The notes under the pieces: generated by a model
The model's input: the letters and a program-made list of their open reading frames with translations, nothing else
Told to the model about the DNA's origin: nothing
Databases searched by the model: none
Source of the DNA: Gnetum montanum
Taxonomy: Eukaryota; Plantae; Gnetophyta
Direction of reading: 5' to 3'
Assembly (NCBI GenBank): GCA_015680685.1
Contig: MNCI01001451.1
Span: forward strand, 799,228 to 863,227
DNA length: 64,000 nt
Position numbers and translations under genes: made by a program
Shown here: piece by piece, positions 1 to 10,684 of the stretch
Numbering within the stretch: the first letter of the stretch is position 1
Layout: every line of letters begins with the position of its first letter

Positions 1-1
1 T

Positions 2-670
2 GATGAATGCGTAAATGATTCCTTTCCAGTTGAAGGCATTGTGATACTCGATAATTCACAAGGTGCTAAAGTAAGTCTGTCAGAAGCATTGGATGAAGTC
101 AACAAATACCGGTCTGATGTTACATTTGTATGTTGTTGTCCAATATATATCCAAACAGAATTACATGAGAGAGGCAAACTAGTCAATGCTGATGCAGATG
201 GAACAAGCTCGCTAACTGATCAACCTTCTACGAAGAGACGTTGCACCATGGTTCTTGATAGTGATTCCAGGGACATGGATGAACAGGCTGACATGCACAA
301 GAGGAAAATGTTTTCAGCAGAGCCAGTGGCCGAGATTACTGAAAATGCTCAAATTACTTCTCAGTGTCTGCAGCATGTGGTTTCTAATTTGTATGACAAT
401 AATGCCGAATTTTTGTTTCTAATATATGCCAGGCTGGTTCAACATTTTGGAGCATTAATATTTGAGTTAGAGGGCCATTGCATTAAAGGAAAATCCATTA
501 AGATTTATGTTTGCTTAGACAAACAGTGCTTTTACAAGACACATGATTGCCCAAGAAAAGGCCAGTTAGCTAAAGTTTTATGCTGTAGCTGGTCCAAAGA
601 AGATACCAGACTTGCAGAAAAAGTTATTTATGTTCTTGGCATTATAAAACTAAATGCAAAGGGAGTTTAA
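2..670 (+). CDS. Probable host-gene exon fragment, product unknown; true coding part probably ends near 380
   Basis: Frame 2 is open from the window edge to TAA at 668-670, the longest ORF in the window. CG/CHG sites are intact, unlike the flanking TEs. The acidic/basic stretch STKRRCTMVLDSDSRDMDEQ looks protein-like, and the sequence turns T-rich and intron-like after ~380. Possible GT donors at 71 (GTAAGT) and ~380; exon limits are unresolved. Confidence 0.35.
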   Translation, partial: DECVNDSFPVEGIVILDNSQGAKVSLSEALDEVNKYRSDVTFVCCCPIYIQTELHERGKLVNADADGTSSLTDQPSTKRRCTMVLDSDSRDMDEQADMHKRKMFSAEPVAEITENAQITSQCLQHVVSNLYDNNAEFLFLIYARLVQHFGALIFELEGHCIKGKSIKIYVCLDKQCFYKTHDCPRKGQLAKVLCCSWSKEDTRLAEKVIYVLGIIKLNAKGV

Positions 671-1928
671 GTAATTATGGCCACGATTTTCTAGCTTCAT
701 ACTATTCCTGTCTAAGGGCCCTTCCAATGATATTTCAGAATCATGGGTTTTGTAATTTTTCAGTATCTATGTAATTTTTAAGTTTTGTATCTTAATTTTT
801 CACCCCATTTCAGATAACAGCATGGTTGTATTTGATTACTTTATTTCTGTTCTTCTGCTGCCAAATGCTCTATTCCCTTTAACCTGTGGATGCTCGTGGC
901 TGTCGAAGGATTTATCATTTACAAAATAGGTGAGAATAAGTTGGTTATGAAATAAATGGCTTCACAAGTTTAATCCTGTTACATATCCGATGGTTACAAA
1001 TACGACCACCTCTTTAATTGACCAGGTGCTCTACGTAATTGGCTTGAGATGGGTTTGAGTTCAATTGATGAGAGTGTGGTGATAACTTTTGAAATTTTTT
1101 AAATACTAGGATCCGTTTAAAAAGGTTGACATACAGACTATTTATAAAGTTTTGAGAACCTTTAAGAACTTTTAGACTGGGTATAACATTCATTACTGTT
1201 TTATAAAATAAGCAACAGGATACTTGTCTTATGACACGATTGATTTACCATGATTAATAACAAAATTTACAGGTGGAAAATTATTAAGACTTGGACCATG
1301 GTTTTAGTGCGATGTTGTTGTTCTATAGAAGATTCATGGATGCCCCGATTCATATAAATTTTTTTCTAAGAATGTATTTTTTAGTACCCCTCTCCGGTGG
1401 TACTGCACAGATGTAAACTGTAAACTAAGCTTAATGTAAACCCTCGTGGTGTATAGTTACAAATACTCAAGTAACTGAGCATATTGAGATTCCCATAAAA
1501 TGCTTTGCATACGTTTTGTAGTTTTATTCCATTTCAAAATCAATTAATACTTTTTCAATGCCAATTAGAGATGTGACAAATTTAAGTTGATTTGAGTTAT
1601 ACTTCACTTTTCTAAAATGTTTAGTTTAATTTTAGATTTTTTATACTTATTGTTAGATCTCTAAAACTTCCTCATATATGAGTGAAGATATGTCAAAGTT
1701 TAACTTTGTATTGATTCCATTATTGTAGCTAGATCTAGCTATTTAATCTCATCTTGGAATTTGGAATTTGCAATGGTAAATAGTTACTATATGGAAGCAA
1801 TGATATTGTAATCTTTGTAACGATCTTTCTTAATTGAAGATTTAAGGAAGTTGCTTGCCATGATGCTTTGATGATTTCTATGTTAATATTTTGTAATTTC
1901 ATTTTGCATGTGTAGTATTTGTAACAAG

Positions 1929-1941
1929 TGGTACTATAGCC
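1929..1941 (+). promoter_or_regulatory. Degenerate tRNA-iMet primer-binding site
   Basis: TGGTACTATAGCC versus canonical TGGTATCAGAGCC (10/13), 2 nt after the LTR-terminal CA at 1926. Confidence 0.6.
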
Positions 1942-2128
1942 ATGTTTTAATAAGTTGTGCAATTTTATTTTATTGGCTTAGCACAAAGTGTTCAAAGTGG
2001 GTTATTTGCAACTTGTTTCCTATTTCAGATTGACTTTGTATTTAGTGGAAGCTATTTCTATAGGATGGATAATATGTTTATCTTTGTTCTCATTGATGAA
2101 TTGAATAGATGCAAAAGAGATCGAGATG

Positions 2129-2281
2129 TTGGCATTATGGTAAGATTGGACATGTGAGGAAGGATTATTTTGTTTTGAAGTGAGGTGATAATGTTGTCCT
2201 TTGGGTATGTTGTTGCAGAGATATATCATCTCGCTTCGACGCAAAACCTTCCTTACATATCCAATCTTGCCATAATGCCAA
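2129..2281 (+). repeat. Long imperfect inverted repeat (~60-bp arms, ~33-nt loop) containing gag zinc-knuckle coding sequence
   Basis: 2129-2190 (TTGGCATTATGGTAAGATTGGACATGTGAGGAAGG...GAAGTGAGGTGATA) matches the reverse complement of 2224-2281. The left arm reads C-W-H-Y-G-K-I-G-H-V-R-K-D-Y, a decayed CX2CX4HX4C. Confidence 0.9.
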
Positions 2282-3168
2282 TTTTGTGCCCTCTACATAA
2301 GTTGGTGAAATATATCATGTTATGTTGAGTAGGAGTTATAAATCACTCTTTTGTTTTGTTCAAGTTTTGTGCTAGTATATATGTTTTTGGGTTAGTACGT
2401 ATGATGCTATCTTATGTTCATTTAGCTTGAGTAGTGTTGGTAGGTAAGGATGCTTTATGCATAGGTAAGGATGCTTTTTGCATAGATGCTTCTTAGATGG
2501 TTGTGCACACACCTTAGATTTTTACGCATCATCTTGTATAGAAGATTAATTTAATTAGTTGGCAAGTGGGAGATTGTTAGAGATGTGAAGGCAAATTTTA
2601 AACTTGAGTTATACTTCACTTTTGTAAAATGTTAAGTTTAGTTTTAGATTTTTAATAGTTATTTTTAGCTCACTAAAACTTATTTTTAAAGAACCAATGA
2701 AGATTATCAAAGTTGTTGTATGGAAGCAATGGCTTTCTAATGTGTGTGAATGTAACCAAGATCATGAGCGGTGGGTGGTGAATGTGGGGTCTCCAGTAAA
2801 AGGTTATTGTATGGAAGCAATGGCTTTCTAACGTGTGTGAAGAATTTGAAGAAGTTTTCCTATTTTCGCCATCTTTCACTCTCTAATGTATATGTTTTTT
2901 GTTATTATGATGATTTGTGTTAATATTTTGTAATTTCATTTTGCATGTGTATTATTTGAAATATGTCCAACATTAAAAGTTTTTCATTATACTCAAGCTT
3001 GAAAGATATTCTAAAAAGTAATAGCTATCTATTCAGCATTTTGTGCTATATTAGCATAGTAACTCAACTCTATTTAGTTTACCTCTAGGTAACATTTTTG
3101 TGTATCCCTTGGAATCAAACTTGTTATTTGCATAACCATATGTCAGCTCCTTTAACCAAGTAAGACAT

Positions 3169-3391
3169 AGTTCACTTACATAAAAGTTTCTTCATATAAT
3201 AAGTTAATTTAAAAGTTATCATACCACATTGATTGAATAGAGTACTAGCATTAAAATTTTTGGATCCAAAATATGTTGCAGTTCACTTACATAGCAGTTT
3301 CTTCATATAATAAGTCAATTTAAAAGTTATCATACCACATTGATTTAATGAAGTACCAACATCAAAATTTTTAGATCCAAAGTATATTGCC
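3169..3391. repeat. Tandem duplication, ~111-bp unit x2
   Basis: AGTTCACTTACATA...GTTATCATACCACATTGATT...GATCCAAA occurs at 3169 and again at 3280. Confidence 0.9.
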
Positions 3392-3914
3392 ATTTCAATT
3401 TTGACAACATTGTAATAAACTTTTTTTTTGTCTCATTGAATTAGAGAAGTTTTTTATTTATTAAAAGAAGATTTGGGAAACTTGCTTTCTAACGGTTAGC
3501 TAACTCTACTTTCAACTTTAATATTTTTTATTAATATTTCTTGAAATGATAGGAGAAATAGAATTGATGTAAGAGAAAGTTGTCATTCAAAAGATTTCAA
3601 CCAAATTATTTTTAAACAAAAAATTAAAGTAAAATGTAAATCACAAAATAAAAACTAATAATGTTCACATAACAAAATCACAAATTGGATGAACATGAAA
3701 CTCAAGTCTTTTTTTCAATCTAGTTTACATTCATAGTGTTTAGCAAAATTGTTTGTATTCACAAACTTTCTTATAAGAATTGGATTAGGAATTGTAAAAC
3801 ATAGAGCACTAAAGCTTTTTAAGGCTTCTACTAGATGTATCAAACTAATTACAAATAGCATTATCAACTTGATATCTATTTACAAATAGCATTTACAAAC
3901 TATCACAATATTAA

Positions 3915-4640
3915 AATTGATATTGAAATTGAAGCTTTATTATGTCCAAAGATCCATCTATTAGACAGATATTACATTTTCATGAAAAATAAAGATAGAC
4001 TCTACAAATTGACCAAACACCAATGAGGTTAGCAAAAAAAAATCATACAAGGTTTTTGCTATAACATTATAACATTGTCTCAAATGGTTAATCACAACAT
4101 AAGAAAGAAACACAAGTAACTCATCTTCAAGGGCTCTTGACCTACATAACCTATAAATGTGCTCTTCTTGGAGGAGTTGAATTCATCTTTCACTTTCAAT
4201 TCTAAGATGATAAAAACTTAAGCAAATCTTGGTAATAAAATTTTGATACTTGATTGGAATAGTAGCCATACATCCAGTTAGTAAGATCTAATGTGATATA
4301 AATAAAACTATTTTTGCCTTCGAACATCTATGTTAAAACCTTCTTCTTGAGTACCTAGCCAATGTACTTAGGATTTTACTATATGTTCTTCCAAGAGATA
4401 TTTTATTTTTTCAACTATTATATTCCCTGAAAATATTAGCCATAGTCTTATGAATCCTTAAGAATTACTTTAGAAAATTTATCTTGAGATATGCAACCTA
4501 TGAGTGTATGTAATGTAGGCTTTTACTTCTAAAAAGGATAATCACGTAGAGCCATAGTGCTCATCTTGTTATGTAAGATCTTGAGAGGGTTGGTAGATGA
4601 GTGAGAGCCTAACCTCTTTGAGTTGCTATGCCTAGGCCTA
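3915..4640 (-). mobile_element. 5'-truncated non-LTR retrotransposon (RTEX-like), ORF2 C-terminal zinc-finger region plus 3' tail
   Basis: Minus frame from 4260 reads IPIKYQNFITKICLSFYHLRIESER*IQLLQEEHIYRLCRSRALEDELLVFLSYVVINHLRQCY. Reverting only C>T/G>A changes gives ITKIRLSSHHLRIESGRWIQLPREERICRLC..EDE...LSC. The 3' end is AATAAAGCTTCAATTTCAATATCAAT. The 5' limit is approximate. Confidence 0.75.
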
Positions 4641-4929
4641 AATCCAAGTCTTTGACGACACGGTTGCTATTTTCTCTCTTACCACTGTTAGTTTTCTGAA
4701 TTCTGCGTGTCCAAATTTATATGTTGCCGAGGTACATTTCCGGAACTGTAATTCTCTTCTTTTATTGAATGGAATTTGTTGTTTTTATCAGAAGTGGTTG
4801 GAGTTTTTGGTGGGGGTTTTTTGGCCGCCGATTTTGTAGTTTTGTACAGTGAAGTGAAATGAATGATGATGATGATAAAGATGAAGATGCGGATATGTAG
4901 CTGAGTTTTTGCACAGACAGAGCCGACAT
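4640..4929 (-). pseudogene. Disrupted 5' fragment of a nuclear gene with a plastid transit-peptide-like N-terminus
   Basis: ATG at 4929 follows a CT-rich leader (CATTCTCTCTTCTTCTTCTCC). MSALSVQKLSYISASSSLSSSSFISLHCTK is Ser-rich and has no acidic residues. The segment is a CG-intact island. There is an in-frame stop at 4762-4764, and an alternative frame after an A-run reads TTKSAAKKPPPKTPTTSDKNNK. Confidence 0.5.
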
Positions 4930-5880
4930 GGAGAAGAAGAAGAGAGAATGGGTTATGTGTGTGTTTTGGGATTTTGCAGCAGACATTTTTTTGTCTCGCC
5001 CAGAAAACAGGGAAAGTATACGCGGTTTTGGGATGGGTATGGGATGGGTTAGCGCAAAGCTACCGTTGTACTCCAAATTTTTCACGATTTGAGAAATTTT
5101 GGGTTTCTAATGTGGCATACCGTTCAAACTCCTCAACTTGATTTTTCGTTAGGAATAAAAAGCACAGATAAAATTACCATATGTAACGGAGTTTATGATT
5201 CCATAATGCAATGACTATATTAGGCTTTTACAAACCGTTTTTTTCTTTAATTTGAGGAACTTTTAACTCTATGCTTTGCCATGACTAAAACTTGAGAAGT
5301 TTTATGCTTTTTAAAAATAATTTGCAATGAAATAACTTTGGCAATAAATTTGTTGGGCATAATTTTAATCACATCTTAATAGAGGTGCGAATATATTATG
5401 TAAATGATTTACTTGATTATGTATTTTGATGGCTAATGATAGAATACTCAAAAGGGCCAAACATTATTAACTCTATGTTCATTTTTAAAAAATAACAAAA
5501 ATGAACTATGTTGAGTGTGCACATATATATAGATTTGAGGAGGAAGTGCTTCATTGTGATACAAAATAGCTATGTAAAAGTATTAGAGATAAGGCACTTT
5601 TGCACATAATGGATAATCCAACAATTAAAAAACAATTCCCATATAAAAATAAGAAAATTCTTAGCAATTGCAATCTCCAAATAAAAGATTTGAATATGCA
5701 AAAATAAAATTAAAAAAACAATTTTAAGTAGGGATAATAGAGAAAATGCATAAAATCAATCAAAAATTTATTGAAATTATCTAAATTGAAACAAATTGAA
5801 TAAGAGACATTAGGATATCCTTGGTTCTTGCATAAAAAATTAGCCAAGTAGGTCCTTAGCTAGTTGCATCGTGCCTAGTA

Positions 5881-6397
5881 GATAAAAAGACAAATGGTGT
5901 GAAATTTTGGGATGATTCAGAAGGAGAATTGAACCAAGTAATGTTCATTTGTGAGGATGCAAGGGTTATGCTCACTGTTAATCTATGGCCAGAAGCAGGA
6001 TTGGTTAATGGTGCATTGGGAGTCACTAAGAAAATAATAGATAGTCCATAGTGTCAACCTCCACAGTTGCCATCGTATGTCATCATTGAGTTTGACTCTT
6101 ATATTGAAGTACTATATGATAATGAACATCCTCGACAAGTACCCATTCCACCAATCATATATGGAGGATCTCGCCAACTACCACTTTAAGCTTGACAATG
6201 TAACTTTCATCAGCAAAGAAACAACAGGTCTTACATTTGTGGCACTATCTCGAGTGAGGAGTATTGATAGTTTGAAGATATTCCCTTTGATCTTCAAAGA
6301 AAGATATATCAAGATATTTAAGGCTTCTCACCTTCAAAGTAGATTGGATGAAGAGCAACGCATTAAATCTAATGAAAGAATGATCTCATTCTTATAA
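5881..6397 (+). pseudogene. Helitron-type PIF1/SF1 helicase C-terminal remnant
   Basis: Frame 1 reads ARVMLTVNLWPEAGLVNGALG...LPSYVIIEFDSY...VPIPPI..RQLPL, then frame 2 reads TGLTFVALSRVRSIDSL. It contains stops and a frameshift, and the TIHKSQG-type motif is deleted. Confidence 0.85.
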
Positions 6398-6450
6398 TCA
6401 TTCAATAAAACATTCCATGGTCTTATAATATTTTTATCTGTTATGTTTAA

Positions 6451-6484
6451 ATCATTGCTGCAGCAGACAATTGGCGATCACTAG
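6451..6484 (+). mobile_element. Possible Helitron 3' terminus (GC-containing hairpin followed by CTAG)
   Basis: ATTGCTGCAGCAGACAAT can fold and is followed ~9 nt later by CTAG at 6481-6484, ~85 bp after the helicase stop. The next base is C rather than the expected T. Confidence 0.4.
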
Positions 6485-7507
6485 CTTAGTTATATATTTA
6501 TAATATATATCTATAAATTGGCCGAGAGAATCTTATTTATTTACAAGTAAAAAGTTCTTTGAGTAAAAAATTTTACTGGACGAAGAACAAGATTTAAAAA
6601 TCCAAATTTTCATGCCTTTTGGACAAAGAACAAGAGTTTTGTACCTTATTTTTCCTAAGGATGGGTTTTCTGAAAAAACAAATTTCCATCAATTAGTGTA
6701 TTCTCTTTTTTAGTAGAGTGTCCAAAACTTCAAAAAAATATTACTCATAATGACCATTCAATAATTTTTCCAATTATGTTTATCCCTCTTTTTATATAAC
6801 AAGATAGCTTTATTAGTTTTCCAATGTTGATCTAATCCTTGATCCAATGCTAAATTTAATCAGTGTTGTATGAATAGTAGGACTTACCAACTTTAATGAT
6901 TTTTCATATAAACCATATGAATTTATAGCTTTGTCAGATACTAGCTTTTTAATACCCTATGTGACTTTCTCAAGAGTGAATTGGAGAGGTACTTGTTATA
7001 TAATAATAGTAGAATTATCATCTTCTCTTGGAAATAATTGATCATAAAATGAGAAAAATACCTTAAAAAGAAAAATTAAATGATGAAAAAGCTTTATGAA
7101 GAAAACATTGTCAAAACTGTCTTAGCTCCTTTTTATTGGTGTAAGCAAAATGTTTGTGTTTCTCCCTAATAAATTTTCTTCTCTTAATTCCAATTGAGCA
7201 TTTATATGCCTTAACTAATCTTTGTTTGTGACTCTTATTTACATTATTAATATTCTATCCAACTTGCATGCACTCCTCATCAAACCAAGTCTTCTGAGCA
7301 TATTGTTGTTGTGAATGCAGAACTTGCTTAGCTATTGTAAGAGAAATTTGTTCAAGCTCATGCTATCTTTCAAGAATCCATTTGTTATGTGTTGAATCCA
7401 TATATTTTTCCTTGACTTTTAAGATGACTTTGTATTGAAATTTTTTTCTATTCTTATTTTTTTTGTTTGAGTAAAAATTTGAATTTGTAACAAAAATTGT
7501 ACATAAT

Positions 7508-8354
7508 TGATGAGTAGTTTGGCATTCCAATACTCAACCATACAAGTCACAAGTGTTCAAGTGTGACCATATTGTAATTCGTGGATGGGAAATGTAAGCA
7601 TTCTAGTAGTTAATGTTAAGTTCATGATCATTGTCTTCCCACTTAAAGTTAGGGAGATGCACATCATATGGTTTAACTCTTAGTGAGGTATAAAATGTAT
7701 TGATGTTGTTTGGCTTTAATTATGCTATGTGTGAACATGATGAAAATAAATTTAAGTTCTAAGTCTAAGTACAAAGGAAATGTAAATCTATTCTATTATA
7801 TTGGTGATAAGTATCAGTTCATAATTTTTTGTACATGTCTTGGGTTGATGTAATGATTACTAGGATTACCAATAACTTTAACACTAAGCGAATCAAATGA
7901 AGTCACTACTGGATTACCAAATAGTTACACTTTATGCTCAAAACTAGTTGTACTTATTTCACCTTACTAATAGACATCGAAATGTAAAATGGCTTGGAAA
8001 ATATAAATGACTTAATCAAAGTAAACATGATGAAAACTAAATTTATGCTAAGTGAAATACTGCAATGATGAAAAACAATCTTGATATTTATTATCATGCA
8101 TAAATTATGTCCAGGAACAATCCACTTGAATAAAGATTTTGTACAACTGTAGTTCACCACACTATGAGCATTCACTCTAACTCTAAGTCACGAAAACAAA
8201 TTGCAAGAATTTAACTAAGTGTTGGCCAAAAGTTGTTGTTTCAACAAGACTATAAGTTGGTATTTATAAGTATGACCATGGCCCACTACATCACATCTAC
8301 GATGATGTATGCAAAGCTACGATATCATAGCTTGCATATTATATAGTTATATTA
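7508..8354 (-). repeat. 3' LTR of the Athila-like element
   Basis: Homologous to the LTRs at 36070-36318 and 40906-41793 (TGATGAGT..CTCAACCATACAA.TCACAA, TCTTCCCACTT, GGATTACCAA). TATA-like TATAAATAC on the minus strand near 8260. The right edge is approximate. Confidence 0.75.
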
Positions 8355-8597
8355 TATGCCCATGACTAACTAAAAAATCATCCTTGAGTTAAAACAAAAG
8401 GAGGATAGAGTTACTTAAAAATTTGTGGGGTTATATACAAACTTTGATACTATGAATTATATAAATGACTAACTCTATTATGAATGCCACATTATGGTTC
8501 AAGTGATATTTACAAAATTATCATGCATCGCATAGTTGATACATATGAAAGACATAAGTTAAAACAAAAACAAAATATGTAAAGCTTGACTTAGTCC

Positions 8598-9830
8598 TTA
8601 TGTTCTAGGTAGTGGTGGCTCCTTCATCAAGTTCTTTTCTTTATCATTGAGCTTTTGAAATTAATATCTATATATTAGTACCTAGAGTTTCTCTTCTTTC
8701 AATCTTGGATCATGTACCATCCAAGAGAATTCAACGATGTTTGGTAGAGTCAGTACTTTCCAAGGACATGCAATTGTGGGAACATTTTATTGGCTTTCAC
8801 ATACCATGCCACAAACTACCTTTGCTCTTCGTTAAAAGCCTTAGCTATTTTTCTTAGTTCTTGATAATTGATCATTCTTCTAGCCAGGTTTGCTGCTACG
8901 TCCTTCTAGCCCTAGTAGCTCAGAGTTTGCTATGTGGAGCTTTTGTTGTGCATCTTATCTATCTGCAAACTCTTTCTCAAACATTGCATAAATTGTGGCC
9001 CCTTGCTGCTCTAGTTCTTTTTTGGGCTTACTTGCTATTAAAATGAGAAGTTAGAGTATCAAAGATTTGCTAACCCCATGTACTCTATTAGATCTTCAAT
9101 TTGTAGGTCTTTATTCTTGATCTCAGCTTTGTATATGTGGGAAAAATTATCAAAAATGGATTGTCAATTAGGTATTTGTATGTGATGGAATTAATTTTGG
9201 CTTTAGCCATCTAGATCTCCTTCTCATTAATTTGCTTGTACATGCCCCGTTGATCTCTAAAATGCTTCTTTACCTGTTCATGTTTCTTAGGCTAATTTTT
9301 CCATTTGTTGATTTTGATGGCTAATTTTTGACATACAACTTATATTTCTTCCATTGATAAGGTTCTAATTTCTCTAGCTAATTATCTAATGTCAAGGTTG
9401 ATCTAAGCAAACTACTCTCTTAGCTGATGAATGCTCTCTTCTAGTACATTTTTTATTTATCTATGTATGTCAACCTTATATTCTTTGCAAAAATTCTGTT
9501 GTTTTATTATTCTAGTGTAGTTAGGGCCTTGGAATAGATGTTGTTGATAAAATTCTTGTATTCTTGCACTATTTAATGTAAGAACTAATCAAACGGAGAA
9601 TCATAGGTTACATGGGATTAAGTTGCTAGAATTATGGTGAAGAACTCTCAACATGAATTCACTCTTAAACAAGGAGGAAAATACTATCTTACTGCTCAAT
9701 AATCTCTAGTACAATCAACATCATTTAATAACAATTCCAATTCACTCTAAAACCATATTCCTTCATAAATCTTCTATCTATCTTCGTTATTCTTCTCTTA
9801 TACTTCTTCTAGTGAATGCTTTATATTTTC
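8598..9830 (-). pseudogene. Second extra 3' ORF of the Athila-like element; charged, coiled-coil-like, decayed
   Basis: The minus strand is rich in E/K/Q codons with deamination-type stops. The C-terminus PRLKEEKL*VLIYRY*FQKLNDKEKNLMKEPPLPRT* is homologous to 36520-36630 (PRTKEKKLQALLNCYKFQKPSDKRK*LMEEPRPL). The start is approximate. Confidence 0.55.
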
Positions 9831-10684
9831 ACTTTTATTTGATGCTGAAATGATTTTAGTTAATGGTTAGAATAATGTCTAGCTAATGACTGTGACCTAG
9901 GTGTGAGCCGTAGTTAGGTTGCACCTCACAGCTCAATGAAGAATAATGAAGCCAATTAATCATTGTGAGTGACTATGATTAGCAGTCTTGGTGAACCGTT
10001 TCCAATGGTCAAGTATTTAAATTCTAATGGTCAAGTGACAAATTAGGCTTAGAGGACCATCATGGGCTATGATAGAGGTGCAAGTCATAGGAACTCACAC
10101 TAATGAATTCTAGTTTTTATTAAAAAATAAGTTATGGTTGGTTGTAATTTGCAACTAGTAGAAATTTTATGCTGTGAGCTAATGTTGGTTACATGAGCTT
10201 ACAGTACCTTGTCAAAGTTGAATTTAACTTCTTGTACTACCTCCATCTCTATTTGAAGCTAACTTTACTTATTTCTCTCTCTTCTATCTTTAGAAATTCA
10301 CTCTTGATGGTCATAGAATGAATATTGTTCCTTCTTATGGATTCAAGAGTTATTGAAGATCCAATTCTTGGCCTGTGACTATGAGCTGTGGGTGGATGTG
10401 GGCTACATAAGCTCACAACTACCTATCCAAATTTAAAAATTGAAGAAACCAAGTAAGAAGAAGTATTAATTCACATTCCAACATAGCCCCCAACTAGCTC
10501 TTTATCGTCCTGATAGAAGAGAGTGGAGGAATGTGTGTGAATTAATGGAAATTACAATAAATGAGACATATCATAAGATCAACACATATCTATCATAATA
10601 CCTCATGAATATACAAAAATAAAAGAGAAGGAAAAAGAAGAAGTGAGAAACAAAATGCTCAAGCTAGAGGAGTTAAGCCTTCCC

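Larger units (their letters stand above)
1563..2972 (+). mobile_element. Miniature non-autonomous Ty1/copia-type LTR element (TRIM-like / internal deletion derivative)
   Basis: Direct repeats at ~1563-1926 and 2575-2972 share blocks TTAGAGATGTGA, TTGAGTTATACTTCACTTTT and GTTAATATTTTGTAATTTCATTTTGCATGTGTA. A PBS-like TGGTACTATAGCC follows the first repeat, and PPT CAAGTGGGAGAT precedes TG at 2575. A gag zinc-knuckle remnant lies inside. No TSD found. Confidence 0.7.

Noticed and set aside
9420-9440. CTGATGA as a hammerhead ribozyme core
   Set aside because: No properly spaced GAAA or flanking helices, and it lies antisense within a decayed ORF.
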